Assembly: GCA_030649345.1 (NCBI GenBank)
Contig: JAUSKK010000054.1
Span: 23,228 to 55,227, forward strand
Length of the DNA: 32,000 nt
Direction of reading: 5' to 3'
DNA from: Candidatus Iainarchaeum sp.
Lineage (GTDB): Archaea > Iainarchaeota > Iainarchaeia > Iainarchaeales > 0-14-0-20-34-12
The position numbers were made by a program, and so were the translations under genes. Each line of letters opens with the position of its first letter. Position 1 is the stretch's first letter. Below, in pieces: positions 18,074 through 25,909 of this stretch. Below the pieces are notes generated by a model. The model was not told the DNA's origin. It made no database searches and saw only the letters and a list, made by a program, of their open reading frames with translations.

Positions 18074-18227
18074 TCAATATGGGGTGTTTTTTCTTTATTA
18101 TATATTTTTCTCTAACCATGAGAATCCTTATATATTACTTTTAACTATTAGTACATTGTCCTTGCAGAGATGCAGGGTTCAGTTTAATGGGTGAAAATTA
18201 AGTTTTGAAAAAATTTCTTTAACTCAA

Positions 18228-18248
18228 CTTTTTTGCTTGACAAAAAAG
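18228..18248 (+). promoter_or_regulatory. Perfect 8-bp stem / 5-nt loop hairpin in the putative 5' leader of the pilus ATPase
   Basis: cttttttg cttga caaaaaag ends 15 nt before the ATG at 18264, just upstream of the SD-like GGGTG. Confidence 0.4.
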
Positions 18249-18263
18249 GGCTCGGGTGTTTGA

Positions 18264-20567
18264 ATGAAGATTGGTGGATTTGAAGTAGGAGACTGGGCAG
18301 TTAAAGAAGAAGCAGGAAAACGAAACTTAATTTTTGCATGTAGAGATTGTATTTATTCTGCCAATGTTGTCACAGATCAAGCTTGTAGATTTCATGTTCT
18401 AAAAATTTTATCCGAAGTTCAAGCAGACATTACTGTTTTATCCGAAGTCTATGAACGTGTTTATGATGAACTTCAAACTCAGCAATTATCTGAAGTTGGA
18501 CAATTATTAAACAAGTTTGCAATTGAAAGTGTTTGGGCTACCAATAATTTAGGCAATCCTTTGGGAAAAGCCGATGAAGCTTACTTAAGCAATCGGTACA
18601 GAATTGTGGTAACCATTGCACAAGATTTATTGGCGTTTGATCCAATTCGAGCTTACATTACTTGCTTGCAGGAATTACTGCGCGAACAAGGAAGATTTGA
18701 TAAAGGAAATGAAGAATACAAAAAAGGAAGCAGTGTTTTTTTAAAAACTTTAAATTATTTGCGTACAGAGTTTGAAAAAACTTTAATGATTAAAACTGCT
18801 AAAAAATTTCTCACACAATTGAAAGAAGTTCCAGACACCAAAGAAATTTATCAAACTATGCTGGAAGCTGAAGTCAAGCCTTCGTTTATTGGTTCTCGTT
18901 TATTGTTTGAAGAAGCTGAAGAATTAGAATTGTTAGACGAATATTCTGTTGGAAAAACTTCTGTGCAAATTTTCAGGCATCCGTTGCGTACAGAATCTTT
19001 GTATTTTATTAATCCTCCGGAATATTCTTTGAGTCCGGAAAAATATTTTGTTTTAAGTAAAACTAGAGAAATTGTTGCAGGATACAAACCTGGAAAATCC
19101 AGCTTAAGTGCTTTGTCTAAAGCGCGTACTTATTTTGAACGCATTTATCAGAGTACCATTGCAGATGTTGCTTTGCAAAATAATATTAAATTAGAAAAAG
19201 ATGAAGTCAAAGAACTCAGTGCCATTGTTGCACGTTATTCGATTGGTTATGGGATTTTAGAAATTTTGTTATCCGACCGAAGACTTACAGATATTTATAT
19301 TGATTCTCCGATTGGGCAAAATCCAATTTATGCTGTTCACTCAGATTACGGTCAAGTGAAAACCAATATTTTGTATACTGAAGGCGAAGCTCAATCCATG
19401 GTCACTAAACTAAGAGCTATGAGTGCACGGCCATTCGATGAAGCTCATCCAGTTTTAGACTTTGATTTGCCAGACTTAGATACTCGTGTGGCAACCATTG
19501 GACCGCCTTTGGCTACAGATGGAGTTGCGTTTGCTTTTCGTTTGCATAAATTAACTCCTTGGACTTTATCTCAATTCATTGACGTCAAATATTTGAATTC
19601 AACTGCAGCTGGCTTAATTTCGTTTTTCATTGACAACCAATTAACCATTATTGTTGCAGGTTCTCGTGGATCTGGAAAAACTTCTTTGTTGGGAGCTAAC
19701 TTATTAGAGATTCCAAAAAATACCAGAATATTAATTCAAGAAGACACATTAGAATTGCCAGTTCCGTACATGAAAAAAATTGGATTCAATGTCCAAAGAC
19801 TTAAAACGCAAAGTGCGATTGGCGGAGCAGCTTCCGAAATTGAAATGCCGGCCGATGAAGCTTTGCGGACAACTTTGCGTTTAGGAAATAGTGCCATTAT
19901 TTTGGGTGAAGTTAGAAGCAAAGAAGCCAAAACATTGTATGAAGCCATGCGAGTCGGATCAGCCGGTGGAATTGTCATGGGAACATTGCACGCTGACTCT
20001 GCCTATTCTGTCTGGGACAGAGTTGTTAATGATTTAGAGGTTCCGAATACTTCCTTTAAAGCCACAGACTTAATTATGGTTGCGCGTCCAATTCGTTTCT
20101 CAGGTTCATTGAAGAGTGCCAGAAGAATTGTTCAAATTACAGAAGTCAAAAAACATTGGGTGGATGATCCAGAACGCGAAGAAGGACTGTTGGACTTAAT
20201 GAGTTATGATGCTAAAAAAGATTCTTTGGAATTAATGGAAGACAATTTGAAGGAATCAGAATTATTTGAACGCGTCCGAAAAATGTCAGGCTTAAACTTT
20301 GATGAAATTTGGGCTGAAATTAAAATGCGCGGAGAATCCAAACAATATTTAGTAGATCTTAAACGCGAAAAAAAATTGCCTCAATTATTGGAAGCCGAAT
20401 ATACTTCTTTGGCCAATGATAAATGGCTGTTACTTAAAGAAAAGTTTTTAGAAGAAAATACAAAATTGGACCATGCAGAAATTTTAGGTGAATGGAAAAA
20501 CTGGGTGAATACTTCTTTGCTGAAACGAGTAACTGGTTCCATAAAACCGGAGAAAGGTAAAGAATAA
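18264..20567 (+). CDS. Archaeal type IV pilus/archaellum-type assembly ATPase (FlaI / VirB11 / GspE superfamily), enlarged to 767 aa
   Basis: Walker A AGSRGSGKTS. ILIQEDTLELP (Asp box / Walker B region). RLGNSAIILGEVR. His box GTLHADSA. About 330 aa of unrecognised N-terminal sequence and a K/E-rich C-terminal tail. A probable SD, GGGTG, lies 5 nt upstream. Confidence 0.85.
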   Translation: MKIGGFEVGDWAVKEEAGKRNLIFACRDCIYSANVVTDQACRFHVLKILSEVQADITVLSEVYERVYDELQTQQLSEVGQLLNKFAIESVWATNNLGNPLGKADEAYLSNRYRIVVTIAQDLLAFDPIRAYITCLQELLREQGRFDKGNEEYKKGSSVFLKTLNYLRTEFEKTLMIKTAKKFLTQLKEVPDTKEIYQTMLEAEVKPSFIGSRLLFEEAEELELLDEYSVGKTSVQIFRHPLRTESLYFINPPEYSLSPEKYFVLSKTREIVAGYKPGKSSLSALSKARTYFERIYQSTIADVALQNNIKLEKDEVKELSAIVARYSIGYGILEILLSDRRLTDIYIDSPIGQNPIYAVHSDYGQVKTNILYTEGEAQSMVTKLRAMSARPFDEAHPVLDFDLPDLDTRVATIGPPLATDGVAFAFRLHKLTPWTLSQFIDVKYLNSTAAGLISFFIDNQLTIIVAGSRGSGKTSLLGANLLEIPKNTRILIQEDTLELPVPYMKKIGFNVQRLKTQSAIGGAASEIEMPADEALRTTLRLGNSAIILGEVRSKEAKTLYEAMRVGSAGGIVMGTLHADSAYSVWDRVVNDLEVPNTSFKATDLIMVARPIRFSGSLKSARRIVQITEVKKHWVDDPEREEGLLDLMSYDAKKDSLELMEDNLKESELFERVRKMSGLNFDEIWAEIKMRGESKQYLVDLKREKKLPQLLEAEYTSLANDKWLLLKEKFLEENTKLDHAEILGEWKNWVNTSLLKRVTGSIKPEKGKE

Positions 20568-20584
20568 TTGTGTAGGCTTCTTGC

Positions 20585-22891
20585 ATGGGTAAAGATATTC
20601 GTTACAAAAAAGGAATCAGTCCAGGAGAATTGTATTCTGAAATTATTGTTGAACGCTCGTTCGAAGAAGAAGATGACGAAAAATTAGTTAAAGAAAAACC
20701 CAGTGTATTTGTTTCTTTTTGTAAACGTTTGTATGCTTTTGCTCCTTCTTTGGGGCAAAATGCAAAATTTACTCCCGAGCTCCAAGAAGCTGTGCGTTTT
20801 CTAAATTGGGATTTAAAGCCAGCAGAATTTAGTGCAGCTTCCAAGTTAGCATTAATTATTTCTTTATTGATTGGATTAATCATTGCAGTTATTGCCATTA
20901 ATTTAGGTCCAGTTTCAGACTTTTTGAAAGGAGCCATTGGAGACTTAGGTCCAATGGTTGTATTTGCCGTTCCTTTAGTTTTGGCTTTGTATATTACCAA
21001 TTTTATTCAACAATTTCCATTGAATGCTGCTTTAATGGAACAAAGAAAAGCTTTGACTTATGTCCCAGAAATTATCGGCTATCTAATCATGTCTTTGAAA
21101 TTAACTCCGAATTTAGAAAAAGGTTTAGAGTTTGCCAGCAAAAACGGAAAAGGAAAAATTTCTGAAGATTTCAAAAAAATATTATGGGACATTCAATTGG
21201 GAACCTATGATACTGTGGCTGAAGCTTTAGATGAACTGGCATACAAATGGGGAAAATACAGTTCTGAATTCAAGCAAGCCTTAATGATGGTTCGTGCTTC
21301 CATTCTGGAAGAAACCGAAGCCAAACGATATGCTTTATTGGATAAGACCATGGAAAATATTTTGGCCAGTATTAAAGACAAAATGGAACAATATGCACGC
21401 GATTTATCTCAGCCTTCCATTGTTTTGTTTTACATTGGAGTATTGCTTCCATTAATTTTAATTATAATTCTTCCAGTTGGTTCTGCTTTTACAGGAAGTC
21501 CTTTGGCTCAGCCTTTGGTTTTAATTTTAATTTATAATGTTGGAATTCCTTTGTTTGCCTATTTTTATGCTTTAAAAGTAATTCGAACACGACCTCCAAC
21601 TTACGAGCCTCCAATAATTCAAGACAATTATCCAGGCTTGCCGAAGAAATGGAAAATGAAATTAGGCACAACTGAAATGGATGTGCGTTTTTTGGTTGCA
21701 ATTGTTTTTGTTTTAGGAATTATTTTTTCAGTTGGTTTATCTACTCAAGGTTTGCCGCCGAAATTTTTAATGCCGGATCAAACAGAACAACAAATTGTAG
21801 CTGCAGATAAAAGTTATGCAGAAGTTTTAGACCGAGCTGGACGAACCCCAGACTATTTTGATGACACTGGAACTTTATATCAGCAATATGTCCGGCAAGG
21901 ATTAAGTGAAGAAAAAGCTTTAGATAAAGTTAAACTCGATCGCGCTCAATTTTTTAATACAGCCGAAAACGATGTAACTCCCAGTTTATTGGTGTTTGGT
22001 GTAATCATTACTTTTGCAATTTGTATTTATTTATTTTTTCATTACAGTACAGTGTACAAACGAAAAGCTCAAATGGAAATCATGGAATTGGAATCAGAGT
22101 TTAAAGATTCATTGTATGTTTTGGCTTCTCGTTTAGGTGAATCCAGGCCAGTCGAAGAAGCTTTAGAGCATACGCGTAGATTTTTGCCGAATCTTAAAAT
22201 TTCCGAACGAGTCTTTGGTAAAACCATTGACAATATTCGAATGATGAGCCTGCCTTTAGAGCAAGCAGTATTCCATCCAGTGTATGGTTCTTTGGTCAAT
22301 GTTCCGTCGAAGATTGTTCAAGGCGGAATGAAAATCATGGTAGACTCAGTTCAATTAGGAGTGAATGTAGCAGCCAAAACTTTAATTTCTTTGTCTTTGC
22401 AGTTAGAGAATTCAGAAAAAGTCAATAAAGTCATGCGGGATTTAGTTTCAGAAATTACGAATATGATGATTACCATGTCGACTTTTATTGCACCAGTTGT
22501 CTTGGGAATTACAACTGCTTTACAAAAAGTAGTCATGGTTACTTTAGCTTCCATTATTGGCTCTAACATTTCCAACGAACCTCAAGGTTCTTCTTTGAAT
22601 TTACCGCCGGGTGTTCCTTTAGGTTCTGATATTAGTTCAGGTGTGAGCGGAAATTTTTTGAAGCCAGATGCATTCGGTTCCATGGTAACTCCTTTGCAGT
22701 TTTTATTAATTGTCGGCTTTTATGTAATTGAATTAGCTGTGATTATGATTTTTTATGTAACCAAAGTCCAAGAAGACAATGACTTAATGTTTAAAATGAA
22801 TTTAGCCAAATTTTTGCCCATTTCTATGGTGGCATTTGTGGCTGCTGTAATTGCATCCAATTTAGTGGTTGCAGGATTCGGCGGAGGATAA
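20585..22891 (+). CDS. Polytopic pilus platform protein (FlaJ/TadC/PilC-like, T2SS-F superfamily), 768 aa
   Basis: Sits immediately downstream of the ATPase (17-nt gap). Many hydrophobic helices alternate with soluble loops, which is the usual partner arrangement for FlaI-type ATPases. I could not verify a strong sequence motif by eye. Confidence 0.65.
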   Translation: MGKDIRYKKGISPGELYSEIIVERSFEEEDDEKLVKEKPSVFVSFCKRLYAFAPSLGQNAKFTPELQEAVRFLNWDLKPAEFSAASKLALIISLLIGLIIAVIAINLGPVSDFLKGAIGDLGPMVVFAVPLVLALYITNFIQQFPLNAALMEQRKALTYVPEIIGYLIMSLKLTPNLEKGLEFASKNGKGKISEDFKKILWDIQLGTYDTVAEALDELAYKWGKYSSEFKQALMMVRASILEETEAKRYALLDKTMENILASIKDKMEQYARDLSQPSIVLFYIGVLLPLILIIILPVGSAFTGSPLAQPLVLILIYNVGIPLFAYFYALKVIRTRPPTYEPPIIQDNYPGLPKKWKMKLGTTEMDVRFLVAIVFVLGIIFSVGLSTQGLPPKFLMPDQTEQQIVAADKSYAEVLDRAGRTPDYFDDTGTLYQQYVRQGLSEEKALDKVKLDRAQFFNTAENDVTPSLLVFGVIITFAICIYLFFHYSTVYKRKAQMEIMELESEFKDSLYVLASRLGESRPVEEALEHTRRFLPNLKISERVFGKTIDNIRMMSLPLEQAVFHPVYGSLVNVPSKIVQGGMKIMVDSVQLGVNVAAKTLISLSLQLENSEKVNKVMRDLVSEITNMMITMSTFIAPVVLGITTALQKVVMVTLASIIGSNISNEPQGSSLNLPPGVPLGSDISSGVSGNFLKPDAFGSMVTPLQFLLIVGFYVIELAVIMIFYVTKVQEDNDLMFKMNLAKFLPISMVAFVAAVIASNLVVAGFGGG

Positions 22892-22893
22892 TT

Positions 22894-23004
22894 GTGAATT
22901 CAAAATTTGCAATTTTGAAAATTTGTGAAAATTTAAGAGATTTCCACAATTATAAAATTCAGAAGAATTTTATATATTTAAAATTCCAGGGGAATTTTAA
23001 ATGA
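22894..23004 (+). repeat. Copy A of a conserved pre-pilin intergenic module. It carries the TATA-like box ttttatatatttaaaa (22968-22983) and can also be read as a 36-codon small ORF.
   Basis: Near-identical to 28826-28963: gaattcaaaat..attttgaaaatttgtgaaaattta.g.gatttc...cacaattataaaatt....aattttatatatttaaaattccagg. It starts 2 nt after the platform gene's stop, and its TGA overlaps the pilin ATG (ATGA). Confidence 0.7.
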
Positions 23005-23498
23005 ATTCGCGCGGTCAAGCTGGAGCAGTTTTTCGTTTTCTAGTTGAAGTCATTATGGGTGCTTTAATTTTAGCCATTATTTTGGGAGCAGTCAATTATT
23101 TTTCGCAAGCTCGCATTGACGTAAGTGAACGCAGACTCAGCAATGCGTTTGAAAATGCATTTGAAAAAGTCATTGGAAATCCAGATCCAACAACTCAAAG
23201 TGTAGTACTTGAAAAAGACTTGTTAATGCAGCCCATTATTTATGGAACCAAACAATTTTCTTCAGGCTATGATATTGAAGATGTTTGTATTGATTTTATT
23301 TCTAGTTCTAATAAAGTATTTCAAGTTGGCCAAGGTAATAAAACCATTGAAATCAAGCAAAGCATTCAAACCAATGTATTCATGCAATGTTTTGCAGCTT
23401 CAGCAGTTCCAATTAGCTCTCCTTCGGTTTCAGATCCAACAAATTGTCCGATTTATTGCATTATTTCTTTTGGAAAACCTTTGCCTTTGCCGGCATAG
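23001..23498 (+). CDS. Archaeal type IV pilin-like protein with class III signal peptide (165 aa)
   Basis: MNSRG|QAGAVFRFLVEVIMGALILAIILGAV: short basic leader, [KR]G-Q cleavage motif, then a hydrophobic helix. The C-terminal end is Cys-containing (CPIYCIISFGKPLPLPA). Confidence 0.75.
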   Translation: MNSRGQAGAVFRFLVEVIMGALILAIILGAVNYFSQARIDVSERRLSNAFENAFEKVIGNPDPTTQSVVLEKDLLMQPIIYGTKQFSSGYDIEDVCIDFISSSNKVFQVGQGNKTIEIKQSIQTNVFMQCFAASAVPISSPSVSDPTNCPIYCIISFGKPLPLPA

Positions 23499-23546
23499 TT
23501 ATTCAATCCAGTCATCTCATTTTTGCCATTATTTACGATATGTTTA

Positions 23547-23567
23547 AATTCTGTAATTTACAGAATT
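23547..23567. promoter_or_regulatory. Perfect 10-bp inverted repeat (aattctgtaa t ttacagaatt), candidate operator for the Doc cassette
   Basis: The palindrome is read directly from the sequence and ends 5 nt before the doc ATG. It overlaps a TATA-like tttaaatt. Confidence 0.45.
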
Positions 23568-23572
23568 AGTGC

Positions 23573-23935
23573 ATGGCCAAGATTTTTGCCAAAACACTTT
23601 CCAAAGAAGTAATTGTGAATGTAAATAAACAGTTTACAGACGGAAGTATTCGAAGCGAAGGAGAAATTGATTTTATTGTATTTAGAGTTGCTAATGTTCG
23701 AGGCATTGATCAAAAAGCAGCAACTTTGTTAATGGAAATTGCCAGAAGGCATGCCTTTGTTGACGGAAACAAGCGAACTGCTTTTGAATGCATGATAACG
23801 TTTTTAGAATTGAATGGAAAGAAATTAATTGTAGGAGAAACCTCTAGATTTAATGTAGTGGTCTGGAGTGTGAAACCTAAAACAAAATTGGACGAAATTG
23901 TAACCTGGATTGCCAATCACACAAGGAAAGAATGA
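23573..23935 (+). CDS. doc: Doc (death-on-curing) family Fic-fold toxin (120 aa)
   Basis: Doc-type variant of the Fic motif, HAFVDGNKRTAF (H-x-F-x-D-[AG]-N-K-R). The size and helical context are typical of Doc. Confidence 0.8.
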   Translation: MAKIFAKTLSKEVIVNVNKQFTDGSIRSEGEIDFIVFRVANVRGIDQKAATLLMEIARRHAFVDGNKRTAFECMITFLELNGKKLIVGETSRFNVVVWSVKPKTKLDEIVTWIANHTRKE

Positions 23936-23940
23936 TTTTT

Positions 23941-24069
23941 ATGCAAATAATTAAAATTAAAGGAAAACGTGAACCCATTACTTTAGCTGAATGGAAAGAC
24001 GTCAAACATATTGTAAAAGCTCATTTAAAAGAATACAAAGACTTTTACGCTCAGCTGGCTGAACTATAA
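23941..24069 (+). CDS. 42-aa ORF co-oriented with doc and 5 nt downstream of it. Candidate cognate antitoxin in reversed gene order.
   Basis: Hand translation: MQIIKIKGKREPITLAEWKDVKHIVKAHLKEYKDFYAQLAEL. It falls below the track's length cutoff. No family recognised. No Phd-like gene lies upstream of doc. Confidence 0.35.
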   Translation: MQIIKIKGKREPITLAEWKDVKHIVKAHLKEYKDFYAQLAEL

Positions 24070-24071
24070 AC

Positions 24072-24110
24072 TGTATTATTTCCTTTGGCAGACCTTTACC
24101 TTTGCATTGA
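24072..24110 (+). pseudogene. Orphan duplicate of the 3' end of the pilin gene at 23001-23498
   Basis: tgtattatttcctttggcagacctttacctttgcattga reads CIISFGRPLPLH*. The intact gene end at 23457-23498, tgcattatttcttttggaaaacctttgcctttgccggcatag, reads CIISFGKPLPLPA*. There is no upstream pilin coding sequence attached. Confidence 0.7.
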
Positions 24111-24185
24111 TTACCGCAATTTATTTAAATTCAAGAAACCCAATAATACTAAGTTTTTTGTTTAAATAAAAAGGTGATTTTTTTA

Positions 24186-24710
24186 ATGAATTCAAGAGGA
24201 CAGGCATTTTCAACATTTCAATTGCTGATTGCTGCAATTGTAGCTATTGCTATTTTGGCAATTTTATTCCAGATTATTGGAATCATTCCAGGCATTGGAC
24301 AACAAGAACCTAGTTCGAATGCAGCTAATTTAGTGAAAGACTTAGTCAACAAACCCTATACTCCGAAAACCAGTTCTCAAGTGACTTTCAAAAGCGGAGA
24401 CAGTATTAATGTCAAAGCTATTGCAGCAGCCAGTCAAGCTGGTGCAACAGAAGAAAATATTATTTTAAGCTTAGGAGACTTTGAAGGAACCACTGGATTT
24501 GAAGGTAGCGGATCACTGATTACTTACACGGCTGGTTCATCTAAAAATGTAAAATTATGGGCAGTTTGCTCTCCTAAAGGTGAAATCGGTACTACGGTAC
24601 AAAGTTTAGGTCCATCTGAAAAAATTAGAGCTGCTAGTGAATCATGTACTACTGACAGCGATGAAGACATCTGTTGTTTAATTGCTTTGCGAACCACAGG
24701 CTCTGGCTAA
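24186..24710 (+). CDS. Archaeal type IV pilin-like protein with class III signal peptide (174 aa from the ATG at 24186)
   Basis: MNSRG|QAFSTFQLLIAAIVAIAILAILF. The SD-like AGGTGA lies about 9 nt upstream of the ATG at 24186. The track's GTG start at 24174 is probably an over-extension. C-terminal Cys motif DICCLIALR. Confidence 0.8.
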   Translation: MNSRGQAFSTFQLLIAAIVAIAILAILFQIIGIIPGIGQQEPSSNAANLVKDLVNKPYTPKTSSQVTFKSGDSINVKAIAAASQAGATEENIILSLGDFEGTTGFEGSGSLITYTAGSSKNVKLWAVCSPKGEIGTTVQSLGPSEKIRAASESCTTDSDEDICCLIALRTTGSG

Positions 24711-24731
24711 ACGAAGTTTAGCCTTTTTTTT
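24705..24731 (+). terminator. Stem-loop plus T8 tract at the end of the pilin gene
   Basis: ggctaaac gaa gtttagcc is a perfect 8-bp stem containing the TAA stop. It is followed by tttttttt and a second T-run. Oligo-T is the archaeal termination signal. Confidence 0.55.
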
Positions 24732-24751
24732 CTTTTTCATTATTCTTTACT

Positions 24752-24856
24752 GCAATTAAAACGAAAACGTTTTAATGCTGGACTAAGCCCTATTTGATCA
24801 CCGCAATTAAAACCCTGGGTTTTAATGCGCACTAAAAGCATTGCTTTTAGTTGCGG
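24752..24856. repeat. Three related palindromic hairpin elements
   Basis: gcaattaaaacg-aaa-cgttttaatgc (24752-24778), gcaattaaaac-cctgg-gttttaatgc (24803-24828) and gcgcactaaaagc-att-gcttttagttgcg (24827-24856). The arms share the core GCAAyTAAAAs. Confidence 0.6.
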
Positions 24857-24967
24857 AAATACCGGAAACGTAGTCTCGAATTGTTTTTAAACAAAGTCCA
24901 ATTAATATATCTTGAACTGGCATAAATTAGTGTGATATGGCAAAGCAAGAATAAAACAGGCGAAACT

Positions 24968-25816
24968 ATGGATAAAAATATTATTACAAAGCTTCAGCAA
25001 ACATTTGAAGATTGCGTTCAAACAGCAGGTGGATTAGACTTTTGGTTTGCGCGAGACTTGCAGAAACTTCTTGGCTATGATAAATGGGAAAACTTTATCA
25101 AGGTTATTGAAAAAGCAAAAACCGCCTGTAAGAATTCAGGCTATGAAATAAATGACCATTTTCTTGATTCCAGGAAAAAGGTCGAGATTGGATCTGGGGC
25201 AGAAAGGGAAATTGAAGACGCAATGCTTACACGATATGCGTGTTACATGGTTGCACAAAATGGAGATTCCAGAAAAGAAGAAATTGCATTTGCGCAAAGC
25301 TATTTTGCAGTTCAGACAAGAAAACAAGAGTTAATTGAGCAAAGAATAGCATTACAAGAAAGATTTGAAGCAAGAAGTAAATTCATTGCATCCGAAACAG
25401 AATTATCTAAATTAATCTACGAACGCGGGGTTGATAATGCTGGTTTTGCAAGAATACGAAGTAAAGGTGACCAAATTCTTTTTGGTGGTTATACAACTGC
25501 TCAAATGAAAAATAAACTGGGTGTTTCTGAAACTAAACCGCTTGCAGACTTTCTTCCGACAATAACTGTTACAGCAAAGAATTTTGCCACAGAAATAACA
25601 AACTTTAATTTAAAAAAAGAAGAACTAAAAGGAGAAGAATCCATAACCAAAGAACATATGAAAAATAATGCCGGTGTTCGCGGATTGCTGAAGAAAAGAG
25701 GAATAAAACCAGAAGAACTGCCTCCTGAAGAAGATATTAAAAAATTAGAACGAAAAGTTAAGAAAGACGAACAGAGACTTGCAAATAATTCTAGTGAAAA
25801 GAAAAAGCTAAAATAA
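24968..25816 (+). CDS. dinD: DNA damage-inducible protein D (DinD)-like protein (282 aa from the ATG at 24968)
   Basis: From memory, it resembles E. coli DinD along its length: WFARDLQKLLGYDKWENFIKVIEKAKTACKNSGYEINDHF, LTRYACYMVAQNGDSRKEEIAFAQSYFAVQTRKQE, and PEELPPEEDIKKLE near the C-terminus. The track's GTG start at 24932 is probably an over-extension. Confidence 0.75.
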   Translation: MDKNIITKLQQTFEDCVQTAGGLDFWFARDLQKLLGYDKWENFIKVIEKAKTACKNSGYEINDHFLDSRKKVEIGSGAEREIEDAMLTRYACYMVAQNGDSRKEEIAFAQSYFAVQTRKQELIEQRIALQERFEARSKFIASETELSKLIYERGVDNAGFARIRSKGDQILFGGYTTAQMKNKLGVSETKPLADFLPTITVTAKNFATEITNFNLKKEELKGEESITKEHMKNNAGVRGLLKKRGIKPEELPPEEDIKKLERKVKKDEQRLANNSSEKKKLK

Positions 25817-25909
25817 AGCTCTAAATTGCCTTTAAGTTAAGTACTTTTTCAGCTGATGTTTGTGAATTTTCAAAACCTTTAAATAAAACAATGCTTGCTA
25901 TTATAGTAT

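Noticed and set aside
23242-23547. 101-aa ORF overlapping the first pilin gene out of frame; similarly 28047-28244, 25136-25327, 25152-25334 and 23710-23916
   Set aside because: They are overlapping alternative-frame ORFs inside better-supported genes (pilin, DinD, Doc), with no independent signal.
24752-24856. The hairpin cluster as a CRISPR array
   Set aside because: There are only three units, each is itself a palindrome, spacing is irregular (the last two overlap), there are no unique spacers of constant length, and there are no cas genes.
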